NCBI RefSeq assembly: GCF_000002075.1
Contig: NW_004797910.1
Location: 144,740-208,739 of the forward strand
DNA length: 64,000 nucleotides
Reading direction: 5' to 3'
DNA from: Aplysia californica
Lineage: Eukaryota
Of this stretch, positions 23,232 to 36,127 are shown one piece after another. Positions within the stretch are counted from its first letter, which is position 1. Each line of letters opens with the position of its first letter. The notes beneath the pieces were generated by a model. The model ran no database searches. It saw only the letters and a program-made list of their open reading frames with translations, and was not told the origin of the DNA. A program made the position numbers and the translations under genes.

Positions 23232-26135
23232 GTATGTTGTTGAGCCAGGAACCAATGGCAAGCATGAATAATTTGAACTTTTCTGGACCATGCAGGTTCA
23301 ACATTCCAAGCTGTATCCAGTTAACTGTGTTGCATTGATGTAATGGTATTAGCAACCAAAAATGTAGAGATCTGTGTTTTTTTTCTTGAACAAAGCATTA
23401 ATTACTCCATGTTGTATGCTGTTGGTGAAAGCAGCAGTAGGCCCTCTACATTGCCTTGGATGTCAGTCATATAGGACTGGTTTGCCAACACCATCTTCTA
23501 CTAAGTCTGTCCTCCAGTGCTTCCACTCTTCGTATATTTATGGAAATCCGTACTTGCTGCTAGTTCCGTACTTGTTCCTCCTTTATTATCAACTCCCTCC
23601 GTAAAAATCTGCGACAGCATAGGATTACCGAAATTCCGTAGCAAAAGCTCCGTACTTGCCTTCGTATTGTCTTGTATAAGTTATGGATATTTACGGTAAT
23701 TCTCCAGGCAAAAGTTTGTTCTAGAAACCTGCCATATTGCGCATTTCCTGCCATCGGCCATTATTCCGCTATGCCCCATGCATTCATTGTGAGTTGGTCG
23801 GCAGTGCATTTTTACCTGCAAATTGATCAAAATCTGGCGAACTTTTTGAGCCACTTTCCTCCTTTTTATCATTCCTTCATTCCGTCTGTCTATCTTCGGA
23901 TTGTTGCTGCGGCTGGAAAATCTGCGTGTTGATCAAGTATATTGGCTTGTGATCTTAAACAGAATATTCCTGTCAGAAACAAACTTTTTTGCATATTTAT
24001 TGTCTAGATATAGAGAAATTATCAGTGCGAAGTTTCTACGGCCCGGGAACACGATAAGGGCCGCGATGAAAGAAATTTGTGCTAAAACTCCTAAAATCAA
24101 GAATAATTCGAAGTGGTGTTCCAAGGTTGTGACAATCAGTGACATGCGACTAATTGAGAAAAATTAGGGTATACGCTGGGTAACTGTATTGTGAAGGTAC
24201 ATATATATCTATTCATTATTCCCAGGTTTGCCTTCTATCAATGGTGCGATGACAAATTCATTGAATTATAGTAGTAATCATGCAATAGAAGGGGAACCTG
24301 CTTTTAAACATTGCCAGCAAAGGAAAGATATGTTGGTGAAGAAATCAAACAAGACAAAATCTTGGTGAAAAAATAGGGTAGTATGGGTTGTTGACAATCT
24401 CTTCAAACAGGCTCCCGAATGCCATTTTCAACCCTCTAAAAGTACTAAATTTCAATTTCTTTGGGGGGTTCGTGCCCTGAACCCCCACCGGGACATTGTC
24501 CCTGGACCCTGCCGGGGGCCGCAGAGGCCCCCAGACCCACGGCAGAATTTTCCCTACTTTTCTGCTTCAGCTGGTGGAAGCACTGGTCCTCAGAGAAATT
24601 CGTGCCTGCAACCCGCAACTTGCGCTCAACTTTTGACATTTTCTTGAGTTGGCGTATTTTAACCCGTTTTCAGCAAAAGTTGGGAAAATAATAATAAAAT
24701 TTCATTGACAATAATCAAAACTTTCTTCCAAGACTAAAAATAATGACGCCAAAGGGGTCAATTTGTACCAGAAATCCTTTGTACATGGTGCCCATTGCGG
24801 ATGGGATCAGGTTGGGACGCGATGATTGCCTGACTCGTTGCCTGAAAACAAACGCATTTGTTTTTGAGGCAACAAGTCGGGTGCGATCGGATTGAGCCAC
24901 GATCGTCGCTTTGCACCCTCAATCTGGCCGGCAAACCGACCTGACCTTATCCCCAATGGTCCTGTTTAGACTGAATCATCTTCTACTCTAGCTAGATCTA
25001 GAAAAAAGTAAATCAATTGTAAACATGATCGTCTGATTTTGATTACTTAGCTGGCATTTGGTTCTGAAGCACCAGGTAGATAGATCTAGTATAAAAATTT
25101 ATGAAAGACTTTAAATCTTGGGCTAGGAGGGTAGGTTCATACATGGATCGATTCATCAAGAAAACCTCTAAACCACGCTGGTCACACCTGCCCAACGTCA
25201 GCGAGAGTTTAGGGAGCTGACTCATGTGTCAGTGGACAAACTGTTTTGTACTCCATGCAACCTCTATGCAGTTTTTTGTTTTTTGTAGACAGTTGCATTT
25301 ACTTTTGATTTTGATCACGTCGGTTACTTTGTTTGCAATGAGCATACCAGCAATGCATTCCAATAATTCCATGAACATTTTTTTAGCGGTATGCGTCTTG
25401 CAACTGTTCTTGCAACTTTTGCTAATTTTTGTTGCAAGTTTTGCTATTTTCAAATGCAACTTTCTCTAGGGACAGACTAACTACTGAAAACTGGCCTATG
25501 CATGACGGGCCAAAGGGAAAAAATATCATTTTCTACACTACTTTATCAATGTTACAAAGTTTCCATTCACTGCACAGGAAATAAAAATATACCCATAGAG
25601 AAAGAGTGTCTTTTTTGTTGTTTTTCATACCAGTAACGTGTATAAAGATAAAGGATATTATCTTGTGTATAATTTAGTGTGAAGAAATACTTGTGTATAG
25701 GCATTTTGCCCATGCTGTGACCAGTGAAACGAGGGGATGACCTTCTTTCATCGTTCAGCACACTGTGTTAATTTTCGGTATCGGGTTATAAATGGTCCGA
25801 TTTGGTTTTCAATAATCGGAGAACATTTGTATTTTCTCTGGTCAATTTACAGATTTGATTAAAATTCCCGGTGCATTCCCAGGTCTCTGCAGCTTATTCA
25901 AATTCACAGGGGCGGGGTGCCGGTATTTCTGGACCTTGCAGTCATTATAATATAATTTATTTAGCAGTATAATTTTCCTCCAGAACACCATGTGTTTAGT
26001 CAGGGATTAAAGTTTTTTACATTTGATAAAGATCTATTTTCAAATTCTTTTGAAAGTTGATTCCTCAGTCTCAGTTTATGTCACCTTACTCTACTTGTGG
26101 TATATGATTTACACTGAGTCATTTGTTTTCCACAG

Positions 26136-26264
26136 CTCAATTTCCTGACTGTGATGGAGATCAACACTGTCCGACAGTTTCTTACTAAAGCGCTTGACCA
26201 CATGCACCAGTTACGGGGCAACGTATCTGGGTCATCGCAGGCATCACACTCACAGTTTATTTAA
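26136..26264 (+). CDS. GINS2: Psf2 coding exon 5 (stop TAA)
   Basis: TTTTCCACAG acceptor; LNFLTVMEINTVRQFLTKALDHMHQLRGNVSGSSQASHSQFI*. Confidence 0.96.
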   Translation, partial: LNFLTVMEINTVRQFLTKALDHMHQLRGNVSGSSQASHSQFI

Positions 26265-26774
26265 TTGGCTGTATATGTGCGGCATTGTGGCAAAATGAGT
26301 GGTTTGTCACGCTGAGCTGTTGTGAGATCTTAGGCAAAAACTTTGACGTTCTTAAAGAAAACTGTATTTATGACTCCTCAATTCCAATTGATTTTTCTTT
26401 CGGAACCTAAGCAGCTACTGTTTTTACCCCTCTGCAGGGCTTGGCAAGATCTGTAATGTGAAAGTCTTATTATTATATTGTCAAGATGTGACATGTGACT
26501 CGTTTTATCATATTGCTACACACATTGTTGCTTTGTTTATGAGGAAATGTAATTTATGTACAGTAAATTGGAATGGAACTTCTAGGTTTGACACTGAATA
26601 TTCAAGTTTAGGCAGCATCAAATGCTGATATTCTTGATTTGTTTGTAGTTTGGACATGCATTTACCTTTACCACTCACTTGTTTTGTTTGTTTGGAAGTT
26701 CATTTTCATTTTTGTCAGTGGGATGCTATTTTAGGCGGTTGATGGGTTGTTGTCACAATAACAGGTGGGTGAAA

Positions 26775-26780
26775 AATAAA
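26775..26780 (+). other. Candidate polyadenylation signal of GINS2
   Basis: AATAAA about 510 nt after the stop, followed by pyrimidine-rich sequence. Confidence 0.45.
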
Positions 26781-26849
26781 CCTTTCATATTTCCAGTCTC
26801 TTTCTGTCTTTAGATTTGTCATGCTGGATTCAAAATCTAGATGATATCA

Positions 26850-27888
26850 TCTGACCCAGTGGGTTATTGAGCATAGTTACACAGGGTCTGTTTGATGAGG
26901 AACTTTTTCCATGTCCATAGAATGTGTGTTGCTGTAACAATTACTGTTAATGCCCAATACTATATACTAATGGTCCTTCAAGAAAAGTTGAGACCAGACA
27001 TCTGAAAAAGCGACTTGGTCTGCTGGAGTCTGTAGTTGTGTTCCTCCATCATGATAATGCTCCCTTCCTCAGGCTAGGATAGTGATGAAACTTCTGGACT
27101 GTTACACGTGGGAAATGGAGCATCCATGCTATTCACCTGAACTGGCTCTCTATGACTTTCATCTTTTCCCAAAGATAAAGGAAAGCATTTGTAGACAAAG
27201 ATTTGAATGGGAGGACATTGGACTTGCCCCCCAAAAAGGTGATCAGGTTCCTATTTCACTACTTTTAACAGTTGTATACTGTGAATGCAAAAGTACAGTC
27301 AAACTCGGATATACAGGACAGATGGGACCGGCAGTTTATCCCTGTTTTTAGCGTGCCCTGTTATAACCATTACCAAGGGAAAGTACCAGTGCCATTGCTC
27401 CTTCAGCGTACTATATTTGATTACCGCAGATCCTTTTCCAGTGAGCTATTTTGCTGACACAGATGGAATTGATCAGTGACCCCAACACTATGGGAGGTAT
27501 GTGTTTGAAAGTTTGTTTAGGCAAGCGATCATACAAACAGGTGAAATGTCTTGGTTGAGACAAAGTTTAAAAATTTGACGGATCGAAAGCAAGTTCATGA
27601 TCTGCAAAATCACTGTTTATATCCGAGTCTGAGCAAATTGAACCCTGTTGTAGCCAGGTTCATATCACTTACACTTGATTTGATTTATCACTGTCATATA
27701 TTATGATATATCCAAGTTCCTGTAATAACAGAGGCTGTTATATATGGACTGGACTTTACATTGATGATGGCAGTGGTAATGTTGAACTGAGCTTGAGATA
27801 AAGGAATGTAGTGCCAAATTTCATTGAGTTTTGTCCAAGTTTTCATTTTAGGAATATATGGGACACTTTCTTAGATGGACCTTGAATA
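26850..27888 (+). mobile_element. mariner transposase relic, interrupted by a degenerate MITE (~27296-27757)
   Basis: HHDNAP-like and HPCYSPELALYDFHLFPKIKE (variant of YSPDLAPxDFxLF) motifs with stops; inserted TA|CAGTCAAACTCGGATA element. Confidence 0.75.
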
Positions 27889-27892
27889 AGTA

Positions 27893-28801
27893 CAGTAGTC
27901 TCCGCCTAAATGCACGGTACTCAGGAGGGCTCCTTAGCGTGTGTTTATACGGAGCGTGCGTTTACATGAACCTTTGCAAAGGGAGGAAGGGACGCAGTCA
28001 TCTCATTGCCTTGATATTCTAGTGACCCCCCTTTGGGGTGGGGGTCACTGTGGGCGATAATGTGACGACACGTGACTGTTTTGTAAAAGATTCCCCGACT
28101 GCGGTTAAGACTGCAAAGGCGTTGAATGGGAGAAAGACAGACTCAATGCAATGAATGAACCATAAAATGTCGGGAACCAATAGCCTAAAAAGAAATTGTT
28201 GGTGATAGTCATAGAGACGACGGCCCAGCCACGTGGCTTTCCAAGCGACCACCCCCAACCGTAATTCATGAACGAGCATTCACGCGTGTTGCGCATCATA
28301 GGCTTAAGTCTAACTAAACATTAGCCAACACACAGTCACTCAAACACCAGTCAGAAACCTTCTCTCAAAAGAGATGCATTTCCAGTGACCAATCAAACAA
28401 TGTTTCAGTCCCCCAACCCCCCCAACATTTCATCGTCCAGTCCTAGACCAATGTGTCTGTGGAACGTTGTTTGTGAAATCACTGTCCACCACTCTCTACT
28501 CTCTTTGTTCGGCGTAAAGGGGGGGGGGGGCAGTCTCACCAAATATCCGGTTTTCTAGGCTTGTCTTTTGCAAGCTGTGCAGATCGTACAGTAGTCGTAG
28601 TGAAAATTTCCCTTAGTCAAGCTTTACCTGTCAGCTTGTCAGCGTGTTTCGTAGATCAGAGCATGCGTTTAGAGAGAGTGACCGTGCGTTTGTACGTCTA
28701 AATTATATAGTATATTATAGCAAAAAACCTGTCAGATGACGAAAGCGTGCGTTTGAGCGGAGCGTGCTTTTGTATGGCGTGCGTTTAGGCCGAGACTACT
28801 G
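27893..28801. mobile_element. pogo/Tigger-like non-autonomous element, family E
   Basis: TA|CAGTAGTCTCCGCCTAAA...TTTAGGCCGAGACTACTG|TA with GCGTGCGTTT subrepeats. Confidence 0.85.
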
Positions 28802-29164
28802 TATGCAAAGTATGATCAAATTTTGCTTACTTAATCATGTGGGGTGCATAAAACCACGGGGACAAAAATAAGCACTCTCATTATAAGAAAATATTTAGTT
28901 TGAGGGGGGGGGGGGGTCTTTTCCATGTGTACATTGATACATAAATGTAATAAATTTTATGAAAAGAGAAAATGATTATATTTTGTGTTTGGCTCTGTAA
29001 GACTTCCTTCTGCTCAGGTCTTTACTCCCTAAACTTGGTTCCAGTTCCTTGCTTACGATCTGTTCTACATTACTATTGATGGTCTCCCGTCTGGCTCAAG
29101 TACCCTCAGAGTTCAAGTCTGAAACTGAAGGAAATGTTAGGTTGTTTGCTTTGGTTAGTATTGT

Positions 29165-29595
29165 ACAATGCTCGCAACTGTGTATGGTCATATTAGCGCC
29201 TGGGACACAATTTTCAGTTTGGTAGGAATTTTTAATTTTGCCCGGGTGGCGGTCGAAGCCTGTTGTTATCGATTTTAGGACCACCAAGGGATCTTTAACG
29301 TTTGCAACTTGCACACGGGAGCCCCAAGATTTTTCACTCTTATCTTTCCTACCAAGAGCAGGGGTGTGGCTGAAAGAGTCAGGAGCCCAGAGGTGGGCGA
29401 AAAGGGGAATGGCTGGGTAGAAGGGGGTAGACAGTGGAGACGAAACAAACAACAAAACATGGTTAAAGAGCAGGAAAGGAGATGAAAGTGAAAGGAGAAC
29501 ATTTGGAAAAGAAAATTTTTCCTCGCAGTCTGATATCAAATACGAGACTATTGAATGAGAGGCAAACACCGTAATCTCTAGACTTCGACAGCCCA
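29165..29595 (-). mobile_element. SINE S1-related copy (diverged)
   Basis: Shares GGACCACCAAGGGATCT and GCAGGAAAGGAG blocks with 29826-30320. Confidence 0.65.
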
Positions 29596-29825
29596 CAAAT
29601 GTTAGTTTGATCGAAAATGATGGCAAAAGGAAGCCAAAATTCTTTTGGCCTGGACCGCTCACTAAGAACTCTCTCTGTCAAGACTAGAGCAGTGTATCCG
29701 ACCTAAAGGACTGGAAATATTCATTATTGTGTCAAATATTGGTCATAATAGTCATCATAGGTGTAATTTTAATTATTTTTATTTTATTTAAAAAAAAAAA
29801 AATTTTTTTTTGGGGGGGGGGGGTA

Positions 29826-30320
29826 AGTTTTACGCGCTTGCAACTGCATAAGGTCCTACACGTTGTATGTTATTGTTGGGCGTGTGGGACACATTAAACA
29901 TTTTCATTTGGTAGGACATTTTGAATTTCGCCTGGTAGGGGCTGAAGCCTACTCATCAGTTTTGGACCACCAAGGGATCTGGAAAATTAATGTGCACCTC
30001 CGAGATTTTTCACCCTTGCCTTATCCGATAGCAGAGAAGGCAAGGTGTTTGATCTTGCCTACCATAAAATCAGGGCTGTGGCTGAAAGAAAGACAACAGT
30101 AAGAAGGGGCCAAGGAGTAACAGTAGAAAGGCTGCAGAAGAGTCAGGAACCCAGAGGAGAGGGCAAAGGAGGTGAGGGGGTGGAGGCCGAAAGTGGACAC
30201 GAAAGCAGACAACAGAACATTGTTAGAGAGAGCAGGAAAGGAGTGAAAGTGAAAGTGAAAGACAATTTTCCGTTGCTGTCTGGGTCAAAGAAACTGGGAC
30301 CTCTTGAAAACAAGAGCCCC
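29826..30320 (-). mobile_element. SINE S1 copy
   Basis: Reverse complement starts GGGGCTCTTG and ends with the GACCTTATGCAGTTGCAAGCGCGTAAAAC tail. Confidence 0.8.
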
Positions 30321-30519
30321 CTGGTGTAAACTACAATATAAATATATGTAAGTAGAATTTTTTTTTTCTCCCGAAGAACATTTCGTTAGAGAAACCATTG
30401 AATTGAACTTCAATTTGAAGATAGTCATACGGCTGCCTGAAAGCCAAAAGGCTCTACATTCTAGGAGAAAAACAGGCTCTTAATTTGGAAATGTTATGTT
30501 CCCATCAACACAATTTAAT

Positions 30520-30693
30520 AGAACATTTAAGTTTAAGAGGAGGGCTTCGACCCTGCCTGCAAGGGCCAACCAGGGTTGAGAGGGATATATAGCCATCACC
30601 GCAGGAAGACGGAGATACTTGATAAAAATTCTTTCCACCCAGGAAAAGAACTCAGGTCTTCACACAATGGCAAAGTGCCTAACTACTGCACCA
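30520..30693 (-). mobile_element. SINE S2 copy (diverged)
   Basis: Reverse complement has a GTGGTGCAGTAGTTAGG head and a GCAGGCAGGGTCGAAGCCC block. Confidence 0.6.
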
Positions 30694-30859
30694 CAGACGA
30701 CAGTGAAAGTTGAGTGGAAGGTTATTTAAAAAATTATTTGCACTTATGTTGAAGTTGAAGGGCTTACAGTACAGTTGACCAGACCTATCCCAGAGTGTGA
30801 GATCAAGTGGGATGATAGAGATAGCTGGAGATCTTTTACTTTTAGTCGGGAGTTACATA

Positions 30860-31624
30860 CAGTGGAAACCATCAGGCTCGGTAATAACAGGGATGTTTAG
30901 AATCTCCGTTTTTTCCTACTCTTTGTCTCTACTAAAATTAAAAGTTATCGGCAATAACAGGGCCTCATCGGAGCCCAAGCGGTTATTGCAGGGACAAAGG
31001 CTCGTTAACAATGTGTAAAAAAGTAAGAGAGAGAGAGATAGAGAGTAGAGTAGAGAGAGAGAGAGTAGAGAGAGAGAGAGACTTGAGAGAGAGAGAGAGG
31101 ACGACCGGTCGGCCTAGATCTAAGCCTACTTCTTTCATTATGGTCACCAACGATGTCAAGCGCAAGAGAAAATGCTTTTCAATTGACAAAAAAACCCGAA
31201 ATAATCAAGACTGTTGACAAAAAGCAAGCTCCACTGGCTGAAATTTATCGTCAGTTCGACATTTCACAAGCCACAAGGGTCGATTCCCACCATTACCAAG
31301 GATTTCAAGGATAGAGAGAAGATAGTGGCAGCATACTCAAATGAAAAGTTTGCTCTGGATCGAAAGAAGATGAGACTACCCGATGCAGATGCTGTGGACC
31401 AAGCTCTTCTGATGTGGTTTAAGGACGCAAGGAGAAAGTCGGTGCCAAAACCCATGTTCGTGGATACTTGTGGCTAGGGAAACTACTCATGAATAAGTAC
31501 AGCTAGATTAGTCCACAAATTATGCTCACTTTCCTTGCATTTCGGATTTAACAGTAAACAGGGATCGTAAATAACAGGACTTTTTCTCTACTCCCACCAT
31601 CCCTGTTATATCAGGTTTCCACTG
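30860..31624 (+). mobile_element. Internally deleted pogo/Tigger element retaining a CENP-B-type HTH coding relic, family G
   Basis: TA|CAGTGGAAACC...GGTTTCCACTG|TA; KRKRKCFSIDKK and RKKMR...VDQALLMWFKDARRKSVP in broken frames. Confidence 0.85.
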
Positions 31625-32319
31625 TATATGTACATGGTCTGCTGTCTCTAACAACTTTGAAATTCAGGGTCAAAAGTAAGTCAGAAGCCTGTGTTGATAT
31701 AAAATTTAACTACGTACGATGTTCAAAGAAAAAGGGTAGGTGGCACCATGGCAATGCAAGTTATTATTACAGACAAGTAAAGTGTTGAGTGAAAAGCTGA
31801 AGTCTAGGTACTCATGAGGTTGCTGAAATCTCTCAAGGCCTTTTAGGTCTGGATTTTACACTTTCTATTTCAATACATCTCTTAAAATTTTAATGGGAAA
31901 AATGGTGTCCTAAAAGTCTGTACGGTACTGTTTACTCCCAATTGACACAGCTGAATTTTTGCCTGCAGAATGAAGAAATAGGAACTGTATTGACTCTCGA
32001 TGTTTTTTTGTCTTACTACTTTCTTTGCCATCACAAGGCTCATATAGTAAAAACCCTTGCCATCAAAGGCAAAGGCATTTTGGGGAAAATCCAAAGAAAC
32101 TGGGTGGTTACGGTAAGCATCTCAGCATCGCCGATTGGCGACATATGGCGGCAAAGTGTTGATAGATTCTGCCAAGTTGAAAAGTTAACCAAGAACATAA
32201 AAATAAATGACAACACCAACTTAAGTCAGAGACCACTTTATTCATCTTTATCAGAGAATTCAGTTCATATTAAATTACAACAGCATGTCATTGTCAACTC
32301 GCTTGATTAATACAAAAAA

Positions 32320-33159
32320 CAGTGGAATCCTGTTATAACGAGAGGGAGGGGACTGGCGCGAAATGTCCGTTATAGGAGGATTCTCGTTATAAGGGATCCA
32401 GTAATAAATTCAATGAAAATAATAAACTAGGCCTAATCTATGAGTTTGGTGTTCTGTTTATTTCTTTTTGTTATTTCCCCTGGTGATGATTTTGTTTCGA
32501 CATTCTCTAGGTCATACTTGATCAAACATCGAATCAGGTTTCTTTCTCTAGCACTAGCGATGTTGATACCTAGGCGTTGGCTATCAGAAAGAAAGGGCTC
32601 TAGGCTAACTCGCACGCTGTGATGTGCCCCCACCTTACCACACCCTTTGGTGTGTTCCATCTGCTTGTGAACTCCGCCCTCGTCACACATTTGCTCCATC
32701 CATCACAGCACTGTGACCTCTCCAACCTCGCATCAGAGAAGTGAGAGGCGTGGTAGGCCTAGATAACCTAGACTAGGTTGGCCTTTCTCGCGATGCATTC
32801 TGCTTGTCTGTGCATGCCACACCCTCCCCACTCATTCGCTCTGGCCTTCACTGTTGGCACACGTGGGCTCTCCCAATCTTTGTTTCGATAGTTCACCAAC
32901 AACACAAGTTTCTCAACTTACAAGGTTTTACATTATGTAAAATTGGCCTATATGCTGTGCACAGCAGCAGCAATATTCCACTATAACTATAACTATCAAC
33001 TCGCGTGTTTGTCTGATTGCTCTATAGTAGTATTTTATTTACAAAGATAAGAAAAAAACAGGGTTTTAAGAAGGAAGAGTGTCTTTATAACAGAATTCTC
33101 GTTAGTTCAGGACTCATTATAAGCGATCCCCTCCTTCTCATTATATCAGGATTCCACTG
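32320..33159. mobile_element. Family B copy 2
   Basis: CAGTGGAATCCTG...CAGGATTCCACTG|TA; same internal sequence as copy 1. Confidence 0.85.
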
Positions 33160-34640
33160 TACAAAACAAGGTTATCAAGCAAAAAATTCAAAATTTTAGC
33201 TATAAATAATCTTGAGCCATCAAAAATTTAAAAGGATTGATTCAGCATTTTTAAAACCTATTTTATCTATGTCAGTTGTCAACACTCATCTAGATAGAAG
33301 TCTAATATTTGGCATGGTGATTACTGTTGGTAGGTAGAATGACCTTACTGAGCCAAATTTGAATTTTCTGTACCAACTTGAGAGCTTTACCGTCCTTCTT
33401 ATGCACTACATTCATGCCTCCAATATTTTAAGATTTTGTAAAATAAAAAAGGCCTTAAACTCTAAATGTGTACCATAAACAGCAAAACTGCTTCTGTAAG
33501 GTCATAGTATGTGTATAAAAGATTGTGGGCAAATTTGAATAAATTCTGATAGATAGTAAGATAGTAACTTTCTGTGACCTACTCAAAATAGTGTTGCAAC
33601 CTGGTCAGATAAACAATCTTGAGAAAACTGCAAAAAGAGGTCATTTTTTGTGAAGATATTCTTACATTGCTACCTCTCTCAAATGCATTTTCTAGCTATT
33701 TTAACTATTTATAAGTTTGATAAAGAAATTAGGCTTCTATAGATGGTTTCTTGATAGATATCTGATCTATAAAAAGATACTCCAAAATCCGAAAAATGAT
33801 TTTTTTTTTCAATACAGTACATGCCGGCTTTAAGCACACCGGCATAAAGCACGTTTCGGACTCAAGCACACTAAACGGCTCTTACAGAGATTTTGCTATA
33901 AATTACACGCCCTTAAAGATCGTAACTTCGGCTTCAGGAACGCTTCATTTACAAGACAGTCAATACTTTGATGATGACCCATTGAAGTTCGAACACAGTC
34001 TACACCACAGCAGTGAGTGTGTTAGCCTCTAAGAGAAACACAAAGAACGCAAGTGATCGAGACACACACACACACGTGCAGAGAGGAAGGCAGAGAGATA
34101 GAGAGATGCACACAGCCGCGCACGTGAATATAGGATCTATCCTAGGGCAAAGCTACACACAGACGAAAAAAATACAAAGAGAGTCGGGGAGACGAGAAAG
34201 GGAGGCTGGCTGCCATTTGACTTTTGCCCCTCGCTCTCCGATAATCCTGATTAATATTATATATCACGCACAAGGTGGTATGAATGTGGCACAGCGGCAG
34301 CGGGCAGTGGTACGCACAGGCAGTGTGTAGGCCTCATGAGCAGTATCGTGATTGGCAGTCTAAATTAAGTTCTCCTTTTCCTTTTGACCACAAAACGAAA
34401 GAAACAAACAAAAACTACCATTGCGGGAAAAAATGACAGCACACACTTTTGGGCGACCACTACTTACGAACAAAGGGTACTAAGTCAGGAAATTTTCGAC
34501 ATAAAAATCTCTGGATTATGAACAATGTCTACTTCGCACTCAGGCACGTTTCGGCATTAAGCAAGCTTATGCTTTCTCCCGATGACCATGCTTAAAACCG
34601 GCATGGACTGTATTTTTACTGATCTGAGCAGTGGATCCCC
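33160..34640. mobile_element. Kolobok-like element, family C (inverted copy) with nested MITE
   Basis: Reverse complement of 37361-38015; ends GTGGATCCCC|TTAT; interrupted at a TA by 33815-34610. Confidence 0.75.
33815..34610. mobile_element. pogo/Tigger-like non-autonomous element, family D
   Basis: TA|CAGTACATGCCGGCTTTAAGCA...TGCTTAAAACCGGCATGGACTG|TA; the empty site is visible in the 37361 copy of family C. Confidence 0.88.
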
Positions 34641-35191
34641 TTATATGAACATAAAAGGTGTTGAGCCAAAAAACACAAGTTCGATAAAAATTGCAAAGCA
34701 GGCCAAAAAATGCCAATTTCTATGATTTCATTATTTTGACGAGCGCCTGATTTAATCACGAGGCTTCACTTCAAGGGACGGGTGGTATGACAAATGAAGT
34801 TTGACTGTAATGAAACACTGCAATACAATATATTATAACTTAGGCTGCTGGAGCTGGTTCTAAATCTAATGTATTGGAGGCATCCAGAAATAGAAGTTGG
34901 ATTCAAAACCAAGTAGCAAACAGTAGAAAAATATTGCATATAATAATAATAATAGATAGCATATTTATATAGTGCAAATTCCAGCTCAACAGCAAGCTCT
35001 ATGCGCTTTACATTCTCCCCATTACTAACACTATTCTGTCACCTGAAGCATGATTTCCCAGACACAACCATTCATTGCATCATAATTTATAAAAAATCAC
35101 AATACATCCAACAAAAGCAGTCAAACCCATCTCCAGCTACAAACAAATGTTATAAAACTAGAGAGCAGAAAGATATCACTAATATCAGTTT

Positions 35192-35327
35192 CTATGTCCC
35201 TCCTTGGTCATCTTTGGACTCCTTTAGCATTCGCCCATCATGAGGGTTAAGATTGGGGATACCATCAACAATGGGGTAGGCGACACCGAGGTCGTCACAA
35301 ACAAGCTCTTGGTTAGCAGCATCATAC
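35192..35327 (-). CDS. PYURF: PYURF coding exon 3 (stop TAG)
   Basis: TTTCACAG acceptor; YDAANQELVCDDLGVAYPIVDGIPNLNPHDGRMLKESKDDQGGT*, the AYPIxDGIPN motif of PYURF/YcaR. Confidence 0.93.
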
Positions 35328-36127
35328 CTGTGAAAGAAATAATATTGACATTACACATGATGTCATATGATGTATCACACAGTTGTTTGATCATTTTGTA
35401 CGAGGATAAAGTTTTAAGCAATCTAAATATAATAACACCTCTGTTAGTTTTCCTTCTTACGTGTATATTACATGTCATTATAACACCAGGTGTAATAAAG
35501 AAAGAGGACCCTTGTATGCAGTTGTGGGTGCCGAAAAGCCTTACAAAGACTAAAACAAGCAAAAGAGGACCCATTTAAAGGGCAAAAACTCGACCTTTGT
35601 CCCAATAACTTCAACAAAATTTCGAATATAAAAATTCAACCAAGCAGAACCAATTCATCAATATTTAAAAAATCAATTTAAAAATTCGAAAAATATTGTT
35701 TTTTAAACATTGACCAAAATTGAGTAAATGCAAAACTTTGCAACTTCTTAAAATCAACAAGTTGGGTAACTGTGCATTGTGCATTGAAAAACAAATTATA
35801 TAAACCTCACACTGTCAAATAAATCCATGGAAAGTTGTGGCTTTTTAAATTATATGCCCCAAGTGTTGACCATTTATCTCTGAAATTTATGGTCTCCATC
35901 ACCTCTAATTCGTTTAGAGAATTACCCATGACTTTTTTAAAGTTGTCAAGAATGTTTTCAACTCTGTTTTACAATTTGCAATATTGCAGTGAACTAGATT
36001 TATAGCACTAGTTATAAAGGAACTCTTTCAATTTCTTTGTCCATCTGCAATGATTTTTCTTGTTTTGAATTTTATCATCTAATTCTATAACTATAATGAG
36101 GGTTGAGGGAATATTGAGGGAATATTA

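Noticed and set aside
29096-29662. 188-aa minus-strand ORF
   Set aside because: Chance open frame through the pyrimidine-rich body of SINE S1
31882-32310. Short ORFs considered as PIGY downstream of PYURF
   Set aside because: No PIG-Y C-terminal signature or two-TM pattern
35224-35578. Overlapping 112-aa and 116-aa ORFs
   Set aside because: Shadow frames of PYURF exon 3 plus intron
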